Of a stretch of 64,000 nucleotides of DNA, positions 1-11,489 are shown one piece after another; position 1 is the first letter of the stretch; each line of letters starts with the position of its first letter. Made by a program: the position numbers and the translations under genes. The stretch spans positions 27,734 through 91,733 of IMG/VR virus record IMGVR_UViG_3300032319_000326; one strand, written 5' to 3'. The DNA is from a virus. Lineage: Duplodnaviria; Caudoviricetes. The notes under the pieces were generated by a model. It made no database searches and was not told the origin of the DNA. It worked only from the letters and a program-made list of their open reading frames with translations.

Positions 1-1
1 T

Positions 2-1102
2 AATGACTTTTTGAAATCGATCAAATCCGATTTAGATAAAAATATTTCGTCTGGAACTTGGAAAAAAGAGAATGTTCCTGCTTGTTTTTTACCTGATCCA
101 GATCCAGCTTTACCAGGTCCGCCTACACAAACGATATCAGGAGTTGCTAATAAAGCTCCTGTAGTAGATAATCCTAACATAAAACTTCCAACACAAGAAG
201 TAAAGGGGTTAGATGCAAATGCAGCACAACAAGCAACCTCACAAGCGCAAGGCGCAGCATCTAATGCTGTGTCTCAAGTACAAAGTGCAGCCGGCGGGTT
301 AACATCACAAGTTCAAGGTGCAGTGGGTCAAGCACAAGGTGCATTAGAAGGAGCCGCTGTACAGGCACAAGGTGCAGTTAGTGGTGTTCAAGAATCCGCT
401 GGGGGAGTACTTAGTAATCTTTCATCAGGAGTTAAAGGTGCAATTGGCGGAGGGGCTTTAGGCGCGGGTATTGGAGCTTTAGCCGGTGGGGGAAAAGGTG
501 CATTAATTGGTGCAGGCGCTGGATTGATTACGGGTGGTATAGCTGGTAAAGTATTTGATAAACTCAATCCTAAAGGTATTAAACCAGATGGTTTGGGTAA
601 AGATTGGTCTCCTGATAAGTTTAGTCCTGAATCTATAGCTGGAAATGATAAATTTGTAAATGCTAAAACAGGTATGGTTGAATCCACATCTAATTTAGTT
701 AAAGGATTAAAAAATGGAATATTAGGTGGTGCTATTGGAGCCGGTGTGGGATCATTAGCTGGGGGTGGTAAAGGAGCATTAATAGGCGGATTAAGTGGTA
801 CCGCACTTGGTGCTGGATTGTCCGTTGGTGGTGTAACAGGAGCAGCGTTAGTCGGAGGTGGATTAGGAGCTGGAATAGGAGGAATAGTTGGGGGGGGAAA
901 AGGTGCTGCAATTGGGGCTGTTACTGGAGGAGCCGTTGGAGCTGCGGCAGCTAAATTGGCCAGTGTCCAAAAAGGAATGCCTAAGCCAAATATACCAAAA
1001 CCACCTAGTATGCCACGTATCAAAACTATCAAGATACCCAGACCATCTGATACAAAAGGCGCACAATCATTATTAAATTTACCTAAATCTAATTTGGGTT
1101 AA
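2..1102 (+). CDS. Partial (5'-truncated) virion/baseplate-associated protein with Gln/Ala-rich segment and repeated glycine-zipper motifs
   Basis: Frame is open from position 2. Repeats of GAGIGALAGGGKGALIGAG. Lies two genes upstream of the gp25-like gene. Confidence 0.5.
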   Translation, partial: NDFLKSIKSDLDKNISSGTWKKENVPACFLPDPDPALPGPPTQTISGVANKAPVVDNPNIKLPTQEVKGLDANAAQQATSQAQGAASNAVSQVQSAAGGLTSQVQGAVGQAQGALEGAAVQAQGAVSGVQESAGGVLSNLSSGVKGAIGGGALGAGIGALAGGGKGALIGAGAGLITGGIAGKVFDKLNPKGIKPDGLGKDWSPDKFSPESIAGNDKFVNAKTGMVESTSNLVKGLKNGILGGAIGAGVGSLAGGGKGALIGGLSGTALGAGLSVGGVTGAALVGGGLGAGIGGIVGGGKGAAIGAVTGGAVGAAAAKLASVQKGMPKPNIPKPPSMPRIKTIKIPRPSDTKGAQSLLNLPKSNLG

Positions 1103-1119
1103 TAATTATATATAATAAT

Positions 1120-1590
1120 ATGAAAATAGATATATTGAAAGAATTTATTAAGAAAACCGTACAACAAGAGGTACGAAGTGTAGTACAATCTGAACTTAAA
1201 CGTCAATTGGCAGAAATATTCTCTAAAGAAGTCATTCAAGCCAAGAAAAAATCATCAGATTCTGAGTTGGAACAACAAATTCTAAAAGAATTGGATGTGA
1301 TGAATGAATCAGATGTTGTTGAGGAACAAGTTAAGCCCACGAAGAAGTTTGTAAAATATACCAGTAACCCAATGTTGAATGATATTTTAAACCAAACCAC
1401 GGGTGGTGTGCCACAAGAAGGCAGTATGGTTAGTATGATGGGTGGATATGGAGGTGGTACACAAGAAGTTATTACAGAAACCAAAGTACCTGAAAATGCT
1501 CCTGAACCAGTTAAAAGCGTATACAATGCTATTAACAGAGATTATAGATCTCTAATGCAAGCGGTAAACAAGAAAAAAGGCGATAAATAA
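1120..1590 (+). CDS. Hypothetical phage protein
   Basis: 156-aa ORF tightly packed in the operon, with an AT-rich leader. Confidence 0.6.
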   Translation: MKIDILKEFIKKTVQQEVRSVVQSELKRQLAEIFSKEVIQAKKKSSDSELEQQILKELDVMNESDVVEEQVKPTKKFVKYTSNPMLNDILNQTTGGVPQEGSMVSMMGGYGGGTQEVITETKVPENAPEPVKSVYNAINRDYRSLMQAVNKKKGDK

Positions 1591-1598
1591 GGTGAATA

Positions 1599-2000
1599 AT
1601 GTCAACTCCTAAAAAAGCAATAGGTTTATCTTTACCAATACAACTTGGTAATGAGGGATATTTTGCAACCAATAAAGATACTATTTCTCAGATAGCTGAC
1701 AATATACAAAATTTATTATTGACCATGCCGGGCGAACGTAGATTTAATAATAGTTTTGGTTCCGGATTATATAATTTACTGTTTCAACCAATTGAAAGTG
1801 ACGTTACAAACGAAATGATTGTAGATGTAATACAACGGGATGTTGACAAGTATATTAATGGTACAACCATTCTGAATGTGGAATTATCTCCACAACAGCC
1901 TGAAAATAATGATAGAAATTCAATATTTGTAAGTATTACATTTAGATACAACAACACTATAAGTAAAACTGAGCTCAATTTGGAAGGTAATAGAATATAA
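1599..2000 (+). CDS. Baseplate wedge protein, T4 gp25-like
   Basis: QIADNIQNLLLTMPGERRFNNSFGSGL matches the gp25/GPW motif (NLLLT..GER....FG). Confidence 0.85.
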   Translation: MSTPKKAIGLSLPIQLGNEGYFATNKDTISQIADNIQNLLLTMPGERRFNNSFGSGLYNLLFQPIESDVTNEMIVDVIQRDVDKYINGTTILNVELSPQQPENNDRNSIFVSITFRYNNTISKTELNLEGNRI

Positions 2001-3979
2001 TGTCAAAATTAATTAATAAAACGTTTAATGCAAATACAAAAGATATTAATTATCTTAATAGAGATTTCGCATCTTTACGTCAACAACTAATCGACTTTAC
2101 TAAACAATATTACCCACAAAGTTATAAAGATTTTAGTGAAAGTTCACCTGGTCAAATTTTTATTGAACAAGCTGCCTATGTTGGTGACGTACTTTCGTAT
2201 TATACGGATCAACAGTTTTTTGAAAGTTTTTTACAATTTGCACAAGATCGTAGAAATATTATAAACGGAGCTAAATCTTTAGGTTATAAACCAAAAGTAT
2301 CGTCTGCTTCTTCTACTATGGTAGATGTATTTCAGTTGTTACCAGCTACCCGTTCAAACGATAATGTATATAGTCCAGATGAACGATATTGTTTGATATT
2401 AAAACCATTTACACAATTAACGAGTGTATCAGGCGTTAACTTTATTATAGAAGAAAGTATTGATTTTAGCCAAGACACAAAGTTTTCGCCTAGAGAAATA
2501 ACAGTTTATAGTCGCGATAATACAGGAGCTCCTCAGTTTTATTTGATTAAAAAATCAACAAAAGCTTATTCTGGTACCTTAATTGTAAGACAATTTTCGG
2601 TCAATGAACAAATTCCGTTTTACAGTATAAAATTAGATGAAACCAATGTTCTAAAAATTGTTAGTGTAACAGATCTAAATAATATAAACTATTATGAAGT
2701 GGATTATTTAGCACAAGATACAATTCCAATCGAATTGGATAACGTACCTTTAAATAATCAAACACTTTCACAATATCGAAATGAAACTCCGAAGGTTTTG
2801 AAATATTTAAGAACTGAAAAAAGATTTGTAACTACAATTGATGAAAATAATCAAACAACTATTCAGTTCGGTGCTAATACGGAAAATTATGATAATACCA
2901 TTATAATTCCAAATCCGACTAACATCGGAGTATCTCTTTCGAACTTAAAGAATTTAAATATTTCTTTAGATAACACAAATATATTAAAGGCAAATTCATA
3001 CGGAGTTTCTCCATCTAATACTACATTGACAGTTGTATATATAATTGGTGGGGGATTAAGTTCTAATGTTAACTCAGGTGAAATTAAGAGTATAATTGCA
3101 TCATCTTACTTAAACGACGTTACATCACTAACCGACAGTGAAGTTACGTTATTAAATACAATTAAAAACTCATTACGAGTTAACAACGTAGAATCTTCAA
3201 CTGGTGGAGATGATGCTGAGTCAGATGAAGAAATCAGACAGAATGCAATATTGAATTTTTCTACACAAAATCGTATGGTTACTGAAGACGATTTCTTATT
3301 GAGAGTATATGCGTTACCTCCACAACTGGGAAATATTGCAAAAGCATATATACAAAGCAATTTAACAAGAGAAGTACAATATAATGGATTTATTACAGGC
3401 GTAGTGAATACAAACAACAATTCTACTGTTGATTTAACACCTTTAAATCCATTAGATAGAAGAAAATTTTTACAATCGAATAACCCATTTACAAATAATT
3501 TGTATTTGTTGGGATACAATTCAAATAAAAATCTAACACAAATTAATCCAGCTACACTTCAAAATTTAATTACATATTTACAGAACTATAAGATCTTGAC
3601 TGATAAGATTAACATAATAGATGGTTATATTATCAATATAGGAGTACGATTTAAAATCACTGTATTTAAAGGATTTAATAAATCAGAAGTATTAAACAAT
3701 TGTATTCAATCTGTGAAGAGCTTTTTTTCTATCGATAACTGGAGTTTTAATCAACCGATTAATCTTAGCCAAATCAATTTTGAAATAATGCAAAATGAAG
3801 GTGTACAATCGGTAAGTGAGATTATAATCAACAATTTAACTATTGACGATGGTAGTTATTCATCCGTTGCATATGATATAAACATTGCAACACAAAATAA
3901 TATCATATATCCACCAAAAGATCCAGCTATATTTGAAGTTAAATATATTGACTCTGACATTAAAGGACTTGTAGTATAA
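2000..3979 (+). CDS. Baseplate wedge protein, T4 gp6-like (baseplate J family)
   Basis: RDFASLRQQLIDF, DFSESSPG, AYVGDVLSYY, STGGDDAESDEEIR, QNRMVTEDDF. Follows gp25. Confidence 0.85.
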   Translation: MSKLINKTFNANTKDINYLNRDFASLRQQLIDFTKQYYPQSYKDFSESSPGQIFIEQAAYVGDVLSYYTDQQFFESFLQFAQDRRNIINGAKSLGYKPKVSSASSTMVDVFQLLPATRSNDNVYSPDERYCLILKPFTQLTSVSGVNFIIEESIDFSQDTKFSPREITVYSRDNTGAPQFYLIKKSTKAYSGTLIVRQFSVNEQIPFYSIKLDETNVLKIVSVTDLNNINYYEVDYLAQDTIPIELDNVPLNNQTLSQYRNETPKVLKYLRTEKRFVTTIDENNQTTIQFGANTENYDNTIIIPNPTNIGVSLSNLKNLNISLDNTNILKANSYGVSPSNTTLTVVYIIGGGLSSNVNSGEIKSIIASSYLNDVTSLTDSEVTLLNTIKNSLRVNNVESSTGGDDAESDEEIRQNAILNFSTQNRMVTEDDFLLRVYALPPQLGNIAKAYIQSNLTREVQYNGFITGVVNTNNNSTVDLTPLNPLDRRKFLQSNNPFTNNLYLLGYNSNKNLTQINPATLQNLITYLQNYKILTDKINIIDGYIINIGVRFKITVFKGFNKSEVLNNCIQSVKSFFSIDNWSFNQPINLSQINFEIMQNEGVQSVSEIIINNLTIDDGSYSSVAYDINIATQNNIIYPPKDPAIFEVKYIDSDIKGLVV

Positions 3980-3980
3980 T

Positions 3981-5873
3981 ATGCATACATTTATTTATCC
4001 ATCACATGACACCTACATAAATAATTCTTCGGAATTTATCGATAAAAATTTTGGAATCGATGAGATCTTAGAAATTTATGCCTCTAATAAAGGCACAACG
4101 ACCGAATATACAGATCCAAACTGGCATACAGCTCCAGTAACGGCCTCGTCATATGGTAACGAAGGTTGGTTAGCTTATACCACCTCGTCATTATGTATAT
4201 ATTCAGGAAGCAAATGGTATGCGTTTTCTTTGAATTCATCTGTAATACCAAATACAGCGTTTATTGCTAATTTTACAGGCAGATTATCTAATGTAACATC
4301 CAATCCAAAAAAACCACTTTATATTTCTGGATCTGCCAATTATGCATCTGGATCATTTACTGGTAGTATGAATATAACAAGTTATTCGTTTTTTACAGGT
4401 AGTTGGAGTACAGGTAGTTTTTCTGGATCTGTAAGAGTCGGTAGCTTTTTTACAAAATTAAAAGTAAACAAACGGACATATACAACAAGTCCATTAACAG
4501 CATCTTTGACAGGTACAGGCAGCTTTAAAAATTTAAGAGGTAAACTATTAGGTAAATCAAATACAGGCATACCGTGTAGCTCCAGTTTTTATTCTCCGGT
4601 AAGAGCTTTTAATTCAGGATCGTTTACAGGAAGTTTTAGTGGTTCAAATTCTAAGTTATATATAGAAACTTTAACGTCCAGTAAATTATCATATACAGAT
4701 GTTAGAAATTTTATTGGGTATTTCAAAGGCCAATACAGTGGATCTTTTACTCAACCGTCTACAGCAACATATTTGAACTATCCTGAGTTTTCTAGAACAC
4801 TTGTTAAGTTTGATATAACTGAATTGAGTAAATCTATCTCAAATAATAATATTAGTGGATCCAATATAAAATTTACATTAAACTTAAAGTCTTGTGGTGC
4901 TAGAAACTTACCGTTAAATTATAAAATTTATGCTTATCCGATAAGTCAAAGTTGGAATAATGGTAATGGTAGATATGCGGATGATGGTTCACAGTTAGGT
5001 GTGAGTTGGAACTATAAAAACTATGATGGCGATGGTATCTGGTATGGAAGTCAAATTACAAACGAGTATCAACAGATAGATTACTTATTAACATCGTCGT
5101 ATTCAAGTGCTAGTTTTGAAAATCAAGGAGGTACTTGGTTTTATAAAGTTCCTGCTTCATACACAAACAAACCAAAGTGGATTTGTAATTCTACAAAATA
5201 TCCATCGTTAGTTAATGCAAGTTTAATTTGTAGTCAATCATTTAGTTACGGTAATCAAAGTGATGTTGCAATGGATATAACCAGAATTGTTAGAGGTTGG
5301 TTATGTGGATGTATACCTAATCAAGGATTGATTTTAGTAAGTTCGTTGGAGCTTTCAACTCCACCGTTACAACAAACAAACGGATTGTTACAGTTCTTTA
5401 GTAAAGATACAAATACAATTTACAGTCCTTATGTTGATGTAGCTTGGGACGACAGTGTATTTAGTACAGGAAGTTTAGACCCCGTTACAGGATCTATTCA
5501 GAATTTAATTACACTAAACTATTTAAAGGATGCTTATAAAGCGGGTAGTTTACCTAAGATCTATGTATTCGCAAGAGATAGATATCCTTTAAAGAACTTC
5601 CAAAAATCATATCAACAACCATCAATGGTTACTCCAAAATATCTTCCTACGAGTTCCTATTATATGATTAAGGACGCAGAATCCGAAGAAGTTTTGATTG
5701 GATTTGATCAATATACAAAGTTAAGTTGTGAACCTAATAACGGAAATTATTTCAAGTTACAAACAACAGGATTGCCACAAGAACGATATTTGAAAATATT
5801 TATTAAGACAGAGTATATCGACGGAACTATAGATATAACAGATACTCAAAAAGTATTTAAAATAACAAGATAA
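3981..5873 (+). CDS. Virion structural protein (baseplate-associated), SGS/TGS-rich
   Basis: DTYI..NFG.DEILE, SRTLVKFD, SQSW..G.G and FFSKDT motifs typical of structural genes following gp6 in large phages. Confidence 0.6.
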   Translation: MHTFIYPSHDTYINNSSEFIDKNFGIDEILEIYASNKGTTTEYTDPNWHTAPVTASSYGNEGWLAYTTSSLCIYSGSKWYAFSLNSSVIPNTAFIANFTGRLSNVTSNPKKPLYISGSANYASGSFTGSMNITSYSFFTGSWSTGSFSGSVRVGSFFTKLKVNKRTYTTSPLTASLTGTGSFKNLRGKLLGKSNTGIPCSSSFYSPVRAFNSGSFTGSFSGSNSKLYIETLTSSKLSYTDVRNFIGYFKGQYSGSFTQPSTATYLNYPEFSRTLVKFDITELSKSISNNNISGSNIKFTLNLKSCGARNLPLNYKIYAYPISQSWNNGNGRYADDGSQLGVSWNYKNYDGDGIWYGSQITNEYQQIDYLLTSSYSSASFENQGGTWFYKVPASYTNKPKWICNSTKYPSLVNASLICSQSFSYGNQSDVAMDITRIVRGWLCGCIPNQGLILVSSLELSTPPLQQTNGLLQFFSKDTNTIYSPYVDVAWDDSVFSTGSLDPVTGSIQNLITLNYLKDAYKAGSLPKIYVFARDRYPLKNFQKSYQQPSMVTPKYLPTSSYYMIKDAESEEVLIGFDQYTKLSCEPNNGNYFKLQTTGLPQERYLKIFIKTEYIDGTIDITDTQKVFKITR

Positions 5874-5874
5874 T

Positions 5875-6348
5875 ATGGCAAATATCCCATTAAATTACGA
5901 TGTAGCCGTTGATGAAGTTGATAATTTCAAGAGTTTCGGTACTTTCACTAATAATACAGATTCATTCGGAAATCTACAGTTGGTATATTCAGTTGCACAA
6001 TCTGTTAATGCAAACGTTAGTTATGTAAAAATACCATTAAAAACGTTTGTTTATAATGAAAATAAAATTGTAGATTCCAATACCTCGGATTTTACGGAAT
6101 TACAAACACCTGAAATACAACAAAAACGCAACGTTAATGAAATATTGCAACAATATAATGAACTGTTAGCAGAAAATCGAATTTTGAACGAAACTGTTAA
6201 TAGTCTTGTTGAGAAATATGAAAATAACGATGATAAACAAGTAATCAACGCACAGAAAACCACAATACTAAATTTAAGAATACAACTTGGCCAAGGAAAT
6301 GTTCCTTCAGATTTCTCCGACGATTTTCCGTTTTTACCACTAGTATAA
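5875..6348 (+). CDS. Hypothetical coiled-coil structural protein
   Basis: 157-aa ORF in the baseplate operon with a C-terminal heptad-like segment. Confidence 0.55.
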   Translation: MANIPLNYDVAVDEVDNFKSFGTFTNNTDSFGNLQLVYSVAQSVNANVSYVKIPLKTFVYNENKIVDSNTSDFTELQTPEIQQKRNVNEILQQYNELLAENRILNETVNSLVEKYENNDDKQVINAQKTTILNLRIQLGQGNVPSDFSDDFPFLPLV

Positions 6349-6349
6349 T

Positions 6350-9300
6350 ATGCCTTACGATTATTTAACAATCAACGAACAAGATTTACCTTACGGTATA
6401 GTAAGTGCTTCATATTTAACTACCGATTTACAATCGTTGTATGAACAACAAATTTTGAATTCCGAATCTTTCTTTGGAGATTCAAACGACGATATTATTG
6501 AATTAAGTATTTATAATAGCAATCAACAACCAATTTTATTTAATAGAATAATTCCCACTACGACATATAGTATTGTTGAATCAAAGTATCGAGACATTAA
6601 TAATGTACAGAGATCATATAGAGTAGCAAATCCATTTACAAATTATGCGTTATATGAAAATGAATTATTATTACATACACAATTTGATTTAAGAGTAAAC
6701 GAATTAAGTCCTGGTCTATATTACACTTTGTATAACCCAGTAAAAAACATTGCTGGTAATTTAATCAATCGATTATTCATTAAAGAAATCTCTCCTAGCA
6801 GAACGGAAATTCGTTTGTCTTTTGCTTTTAATACAACTTTAAATGAAAGTGCTAGATTAGATTCGGTTAAAATTTCATCGTTCGCTGATAAAAAGTATGT
6901 ATTCTTACAGATTGTAGATGAAATAATTCCTATAATTAATAAAAATCCAATCGATAATAATTTCAATTTGGAACGTGACAATTTTAATTATTTTAAATAC
7001 GCACAATTACTAGGTTTTAAATCTGTCGCTGAGTTACAAGAATATATCAACTTGATTTATATTGGATATGATAAAACTATAAATTTATCAGTTGATCCAG
7101 ATTCAACCATAAATCAAAATGTTAAGTTTGTTGGTATATCAGATCAATTAAAAAACTTTGTTTACCAATATAATGATGTAGAATTTAGTCAAGATGAAAT
7201 TCTAAGTGCTTTTCAAATAATTGTAACTAAAGTAAGTCAAGATGCAATCCTTCAAAGAACCACATTAACAAATGTTGATTTACAAGAAATATTAAATGTA
7301 TTTGTAACAATAATTTTTAACGATTGGATATCTCTAAAAACAACTGAGTTATTGACAAATTACTATGATAAGTTTTATGGATTCTTTAAGAATGCTTTAA
7401 ATTTTGACAATGGTAATTTAGTTAAAATTTTAAATCACAGCAGTTATTTAAATCCTGTAGATGGCAGAATTAATATCCAAATTAAACTTGATCAGCCACT
7501 TCCGTCTCAGTATACTTTAAAAGATACATGTTGGATATCTAATATATCGTTGTCGCCAATATACTTTAAAACTAATTTATATACATCTCCTATTTCTAGA
7601 AAAGTATATTTGAACGGAGTTAATTTTAGCGTTGTTGTACCAACTGTAAATCCTACAAATGATGTATTTACAGATAATAAACCAAATACCATATTTGCAG
7701 CAGAGTCTCGCTTACAACAAAAAATAAATGATTTGTTGATAAACTATAATAATTTTGATAATTTTATTAATTTTTCCTCTGCTGAGTTAAGAACCAAAAT
7801 TGCTAAAAGTAAATTAGTTACATATCAATCGTATAATTCTACGAAAAATACTCTTAAAATTAATGCGGCAGCAACAACGAATCTATCAATATCAGCTTCG
7901 TATTCACAAGATTTGAATATTGTTATCAAAGAACAAATTTCTCTATTGGATAGTTTTGATGAATACGAATCGTATTTATTTTATTATACGGGAAGCATTG
8001 ATGATAAACTTACGGATGGTGTAACTTACGATAAAAATAATTTTAATAGTTTATTTTATCAATTACCAGATTATATTAAAAGTGAATCTGTATATGGTGA
8101 TTACGTAAAATTCACAGCAATGGTAGGTCACTTCTTTGATAATATTTTGGTGTTTATCAAAAAGTTTCCCAAATCATATCCAATTGATTATAATGATAAC
8201 AATCATTATCCAAAGAATTATATAGAAGAATTATTAAATAATTTTAATTGGGACGTTACAAATGTTAAGTTTAATAAAAGTAATATTAGTCAGTTATTAT
8301 TTAACCAAACACAATTAACAGGAAGTTTATCGTCTTCATATTTTAATTATGCAAAATCAATTTTCAATCGTATAACAAACAACCTACCTTACATTTATAA
8401 AACAAAAGGTACATCCGATTCATTTAATTTGATTAGAAGTATATTTGGCATTTCTTCAGATCTAATCAATGTTGTTGAATATACAAGTCCTGACGTTTTG
8501 ACTAATAGAACTGCATTTTATGACTTTGATGACGTAATATATGCTACTGAATTTGATAACAACCAATACATTAAATTTAACTTTACCGGTAGCGAATATA
8601 AATTGTTTGCTGGTCAGAAATTTTACAGTGGAAGTACATTTAATCAATTGACACAATCCGTTGTAGAAAGATTTACAGGTGTATCTACAGTAGAATGTAC
8701 ATTTAGATCAAATAATCCTACGGTATATAATTTCAGAGATAGAATTCCTGTAATTAAAAAGTTAAGAAATAAAAAGGTTGATTGGCAAGTTTATTTGTAT
8801 AAAACAAAACAAGAACAATCTGCTAAATTGGTGTTTGAGTTTACTCCTAAAGAATCACATACAACATCCAGTATTTCCAGCATTGAAATGCCATATTTAA
8901 ATGGCGATTTCTATACATTCATGTTAAAAAAACAACCAAATGATACTATAGAATTTGATGCTCTTTATATAATTTCTCAATCAAATGCTTTTACACAGTC
9001 ATTAACATCATCAGCAGCTGATAAATATGTTCCTCATACATACACATTGCTGGTGAATCAATATTATGGTAGCCAATTAAATTTTACAGATACACAAAAG
9101 AAAACTATATTATATAATCAAAATCAATACTTTTCTTCCGGAAGTTATTATGTAGGAAATTTTTCTAGTTCTATAAATTTTCTTGGTAATATTGATAAAA
9201 TTAAAATTCAAAAGTATGCATTGAGTGATAGTGATTTTCAAGAACATTCATACAATCTAAACTCAATTTCAATACCAGAAAAATCGTTGATTTATGAGAA

Positions 9301-10792
9301 TATGTATTATTTATGGTCGTTTGATACGCCTGTGAATTTATATGGAAATCCGGCTATTATTCCGAATCAGAATAATAGATATAATACGCAATTTTACACG
9401 TATAATTTTCAAAGAAATTCTGTAATATCTGGAGCTCCTATTTGTGATACCATATTAACAGATATTTTTCCATACCAATTTGAAAAATTTAATGTTAAAC
9501 AAGCGATCAATTCAAATAGATACGGGCCAAATTATAAAGCTAATGCAAATATTACTAAGATTAGCCAATCTGTAAATTCTAATTTGGTACCGTATGAATA
9601 CACTACATATACAACTGACATTTTGGGAAGTGATTCTAATTTGGTCGGGTATTATATATCACCATATAGTTATTTAAATAACAAGATAGAAGACTTTTTA
9701 GGTAAGGAAGGCATCAGTGATATAATCGGAGATCCTAAGTATCTCACATCAAGAAACTATCCAGAACTAAAATTGCGACAGAAGGAATTTTCCGCAGCTA
9801 ACATCAAGTATACGTATCCACAAGAGTATTATAGTACATATAGATTTTATATCGACTTCTCTATATTTGATTTTATTAAAAAACTAACACCTGCTCGTAG
9901 TACTTTGAAGACAGGTCTATTATTAGAACCTTCAATATTTGAACGTGTAAAATTTAATTATAAGGATGCTATATTTTCTCCATTGGATCCAAATACAACA
10001 TCAAGTCTAATATCGTTCAATATCAATCCTAAATTCACTTCATCGTTGTTAGATACAAATGATACATCCAGTTATTCTATAATAGATATCACCGGTATAA
10101 ACACTCTCAAACGTGATAATGATACTTATAATTTCTCTTTGTTTGAAGTTAAAGACGTTGTTGATGATAGAGATTTTATTTTTTCTAAATTTGGCAAAAA
10201 TGTATATGTAAATTCTAACGGTTACAATTTACGAGATGTGATTAAATATCCTACACACGACTATTATTTATCAACAAATAATACAGGATCATCAACTGTA
10301 ATATTTACGTCTAGTTATGATTTAATTCAATCAATTGGATCTGGATCCGGTAAACTAACAAATCAAATAACAGGTAGCAATTCTTTTAAGAACCTTTATA
10401 GTGGTTCATCTGGTAATGGTTATTCAGAAAGACATTTGAGTAAATTTGTAAGAGTCGGTACACGTGTCAAAAAACAAGCAGTATCAGGTTCATTCTACAA
10501 AATTATAAATGGTATCAAACTAGTATCTGCCGGCGCATTAACTTATTATACATACATAAAAGGTAGAAATGACATATCTACGACGGTAAATCGTAAGGGA
10601 TTGCCAAATGGAAGTTCTCCTATTATTACAATACCGGGCTTCTTAAGCGTAGATATTGAAAGTGATAATTTTCCTAAGTATGGTACATTAACGGGTTCGG
10701 TCGGCGATCCAAATAGTTTGTTTGTACAACAACCACTAACATGTTCCACATGTGCGAGTGCTAGTATGAACAATTATATTATGAATTTATAA
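6350..10792 (+). CDS. Large baseplate structural protein (gp7-like position)
   Basis: 1480 aa. EISPSRTEIR, F.NFSSAE.R, MVGHFFD, NNLPYIYKTKGT motifs; operon context. Confidence 0.6.
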   Translation: MPYDYLTINEQDLPYGIVSASYLTTDLQSLYEQQILNSESFFGDSNDDIIELSIYNSNQQPILFNRIIPTTTYSIVESKYRDINNVQRSYRVANPFTNYALYENELLLHTQFDLRVNELSPGLYYTLYNPVKNIAGNLINRLFIKEISPSRTEIRLSFAFNTTLNESARLDSVKISSFADKKYVFLQIVDEIIPIINKNPIDNNFNLERDNFNYFKYAQLLGFKSVAELQEYINLIYIGYDKTINLSVDPDSTINQNVKFVGISDQLKNFVYQYNDVEFSQDEILSAFQIIVTKVSQDAILQRTTLTNVDLQEILNVFVTIIFNDWISLKTTELLTNYYDKFYGFFKNALNFDNGNLVKILNHSSYLNPVDGRINIQIKLDQPLPSQYTLKDTCWISNISLSPIYFKTNLYTSPISRKVYLNGVNFSVVVPTVNPTNDVFTDNKPNTIFAAESRLQQKINDLLINYNNFDNFINFSSAELRTKIAKSKLVTYQSYNSTKNTLKINAAATTNLSISASYSQDLNIVIKEQISLLDSFDEYESYLFYYTGSIDDKLTDGVTYDKNNFNSLFYQLPDYIKSESVYGDYVKFTAMVGHFFDNILVFIKKFPKSYPIDYNDNNHYPKNYIEELLNNFNWDVTNVKFNKSNISQLLFNQTQLTGSLSSSYFNYAKSIFNRITNNLPYIYKTKGTSDSFNLIRSIFGISSDLINVVEYTSPDVLTNRTAFYDFDDVIYATEFDNNQYIKFNFTGSEYKLFAGQKFYSGSTFNQLTQSVVERFTGVSTVECTFRSNNPTVYNFRDRIPVIKKLRNKKVDWQVYLYKTKQEQSAKLVFEFTPKESHTTSSISSIEMPYLNGDFYTFMLKKQPNDTIEFDALYIISQSNAFTQSLTSSAADKYVPHTYTLLVNQYYGSQLNFTDTQKKTILYNQNQYFSSGSYYVGNFSSSINFLGNIDKIKIQKYALSDSDFQEHSYNLNSISIPEKSLIYENMYYLWSFDTPVNLYGNPAIIPNQNNRYNTQFYTYNFQRNSVISGAPICDTILTDIFPYQFEKFNVKQAINSNRYGPNYKANANITKISQSVNSNLVPYEYTTYTTDILGSDSNLVGYYISPYSYLNNKIEDFLGKEGISDIIGDPKYLTSRNYPELKLRQKEFSAANIKYTYPQEYYSTYRFYIDFSIFDFIKKLTPARSTLKTGLLLEPSIFERVKFNYKDAIFSPLDPNTTSSLISFNINPKFTSSLLDTNDTSSYSIIDITGINTLKRDNDTYNFSLFEVKDVVDDRDFIFSKFGKNVYVNSNGYNLRDVIKYPTHDYYLSTNNTGSSTVIFTSSYDLIQSIGSGSGKLTNQITGSNSFKNLYSGSSGNGYSERHLSKFVRVGTRVKKQAVSGSFYKIINGIKLVSAGALTYYTYIKGRNDISTTVNRKGLPNGSSPIITIPGFLSVDIESDNFPKYGTLTGSVGDPNSLFVQQPLTCSTCASASMNNYIMNL

Positions 10793-10841
10793 TACAATTT
10801 TTGATTAAAAACAGAAAACGATTGATAATTATTTAATATAT

Positions 10842-11483
10842 ATGGCATACCTTAATAACAACGTTCTTACAGTCAACGCGATTTTGACAAAAAAGGGTCG
10901 TGAAGTATTGGCAAAGACAGGCGGATTAAACATTACAGCCTTCGCTTTAGCCGACGACGAAATAGATTATACACAGTTTAATCCAACTCACCCTATGGGA
11001 AGTGCATACTTTGATATTGCAATTCGTAATACTCCAATTATGGAGCCGGTTACAGATGAAACGCAAACTATGAAGTATAAGTTAGTAACATTAAATGACG
11101 GCGTTACTTCAGTACCAACTATCAGTATAGCACCACCTGTAATTTCAGTACCACGTACTTATACAGCTGCAATTGATATTGTTCCAAATACAAACCCAGT
11201 TTACAATGTAACATTGGGTTATACCGCAATTTTGGCAAATAAAAATGTAGGTACGCTCGTAGTAACTGAAACGAATAGTTTGAATTCTGCTACAGCAACC
11301 ATTCCTACATTTGCAGGCGATCTAGCTTCACAAGCTTCACAGGTTGTTGTTGGTAATAAATTCCGATTTATACCAAATAGTTCATTGTCAAAGACAACTA
11401 CCACAAACATTACATTAATTGGTAACGAAAGTGGTGGTAGTGCTTCAATCAACGTTACTGTAAGTGTACCAACTACGAACTAA
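10842..11483 (+). CDS. Baseplate/tail-collar structural protein
   Basis: VNAILTKKGREVLA...ITAFALADDEIDY resembles the N-terminal half of tail-collar/fibre attachment (P2 gpH N-terminal-like) domains. Confidence 0.55.
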   Translation: MAYLNNNVLTVNAILTKKGREVLAKTGGLNITAFALADDEIDYTQFNPTHPMGSAYFDIAIRNTPIMEPVTDETQTMKYKLVTLNDGVTSVPTISIAPPVISVPRTYTAAIDIVPNTNPVYNVTLGYTAILANKNVGTLVVTETNSLNSATATIPTFAGDLASQASQVVVGNKFRFIPNSSLSKTTTTNITLIGNESGGSASINVTVSVPTTN

Positions 11484-11489
11484 TAAATT

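Noticed and set aside
388-1032. 214-aa Pro/Ala-rich minus-strand ORF and other short antisense ORFs in the track
   Set aside because: These are shadows of Gly-rich or codon-biased plus-strand genes, with no independent motifs.
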